Assembly: GCF_001652585.1 (NCBI RefSeq)
Contig: NZ_LWLG01000004.1
Coordinates: 83,464 to 115,463, forward strand
Direction of reading: 5' to 3'
Length of the DNA stretch: 32,000 nucleotides
DNA from: Thermosulfurimonas dismutans
GTDB lineage: Bacteria; Desulfobacterota; Thermodesulfobacteria; Thermodesulfobacteriales; Thermodesulfobacteriaceae
Positions 31,979 to 32,000 of the stretch are shown in pieces. The notes under the pieces are model-generated. The model was not told the DNA's origin. It did no database searches and was given only the letters and a program-made list of their open reading frames with translations. Each line of letters opens with the position of its first letter. Position 1 is the stretch's first letter. Position numbers and translations under genes: made by a program.

Positions 31979-32000
31979 GACGGTTAAACTATTTTATACC

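Noticed and set aside
1-32000. CRISPR arrays, rRNA genes, and IS elements or transposases
   Set aside because: I looked for regularly spaced 25-40 bp direct repeats, rRNA-like conserved blocks, and DDE or terminal inverted repeat signatures. None were seen. The only tandem repeats are the iterons at 3505-3622.

Overview
The window splits into three blocks by composition, estimated by eye from sampled 60-nt lines. No homology search was possible, so all product calls rest on motifs in the translations, and I cannot assign an organism.
(1) 1-2274 is AT-rich (about one third GC). It holds a beta-class SPPF DNA methyltransferase that runs off the left edge and is absent from the ORF track. It is translationally coupled by an ATGA overlap to a 489-aa protein with a Cys-cluster/nuclease-like N-terminus and C-terminal HEAT repeats. 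This looks like an atypical restriction-modification or defence pair.
(2) 2275-11426 is GC-rich (about two thirds GC). It is a roughly 9 kb integrative element with no virion genes. It encodes a CI-like S24 repressor divergent from a Cro-like HTH, and a lambda-O-like replication protein with internal iterons plus an AT-rich stretch. RusA follows, then an envelope-associated four-gene cassette (secreted coiled-coil protein, TM-anchored P-loop ATPase, DUF457-SHOCT membrane hydrolase, TM-anchored staphylococcal-type nuclease). Next comes a roughly 1.1 kb tract almost free of A on the + strand, then a second repressor-controlled operon ending in xis-int. Four copies of the palindrome TCGGAC-N4-GTCCGA link the two operons. 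A truncated tRNA-Arg(CCT) 5' half and an intact tRNA-Thr(CGT) follow the integrase.
(3) 11760-32000 is about half GC. It is a compact housekeeping backbone with many 4-nt overlaps: lipoprotein, lysA, a purD-purE fusion, tsaC, a CooC-like ATPase, folE2, tlyA, nadD, mutS, cell-wall amidase, DUF1343, DHH, FmdB, ptsH, ptsI, MBL hydrolase, TPR protein, selA.
The most unusual items are the A-free tract, the methyltransferase/HEAT-repeat pair and the membrane nuclease cassette.
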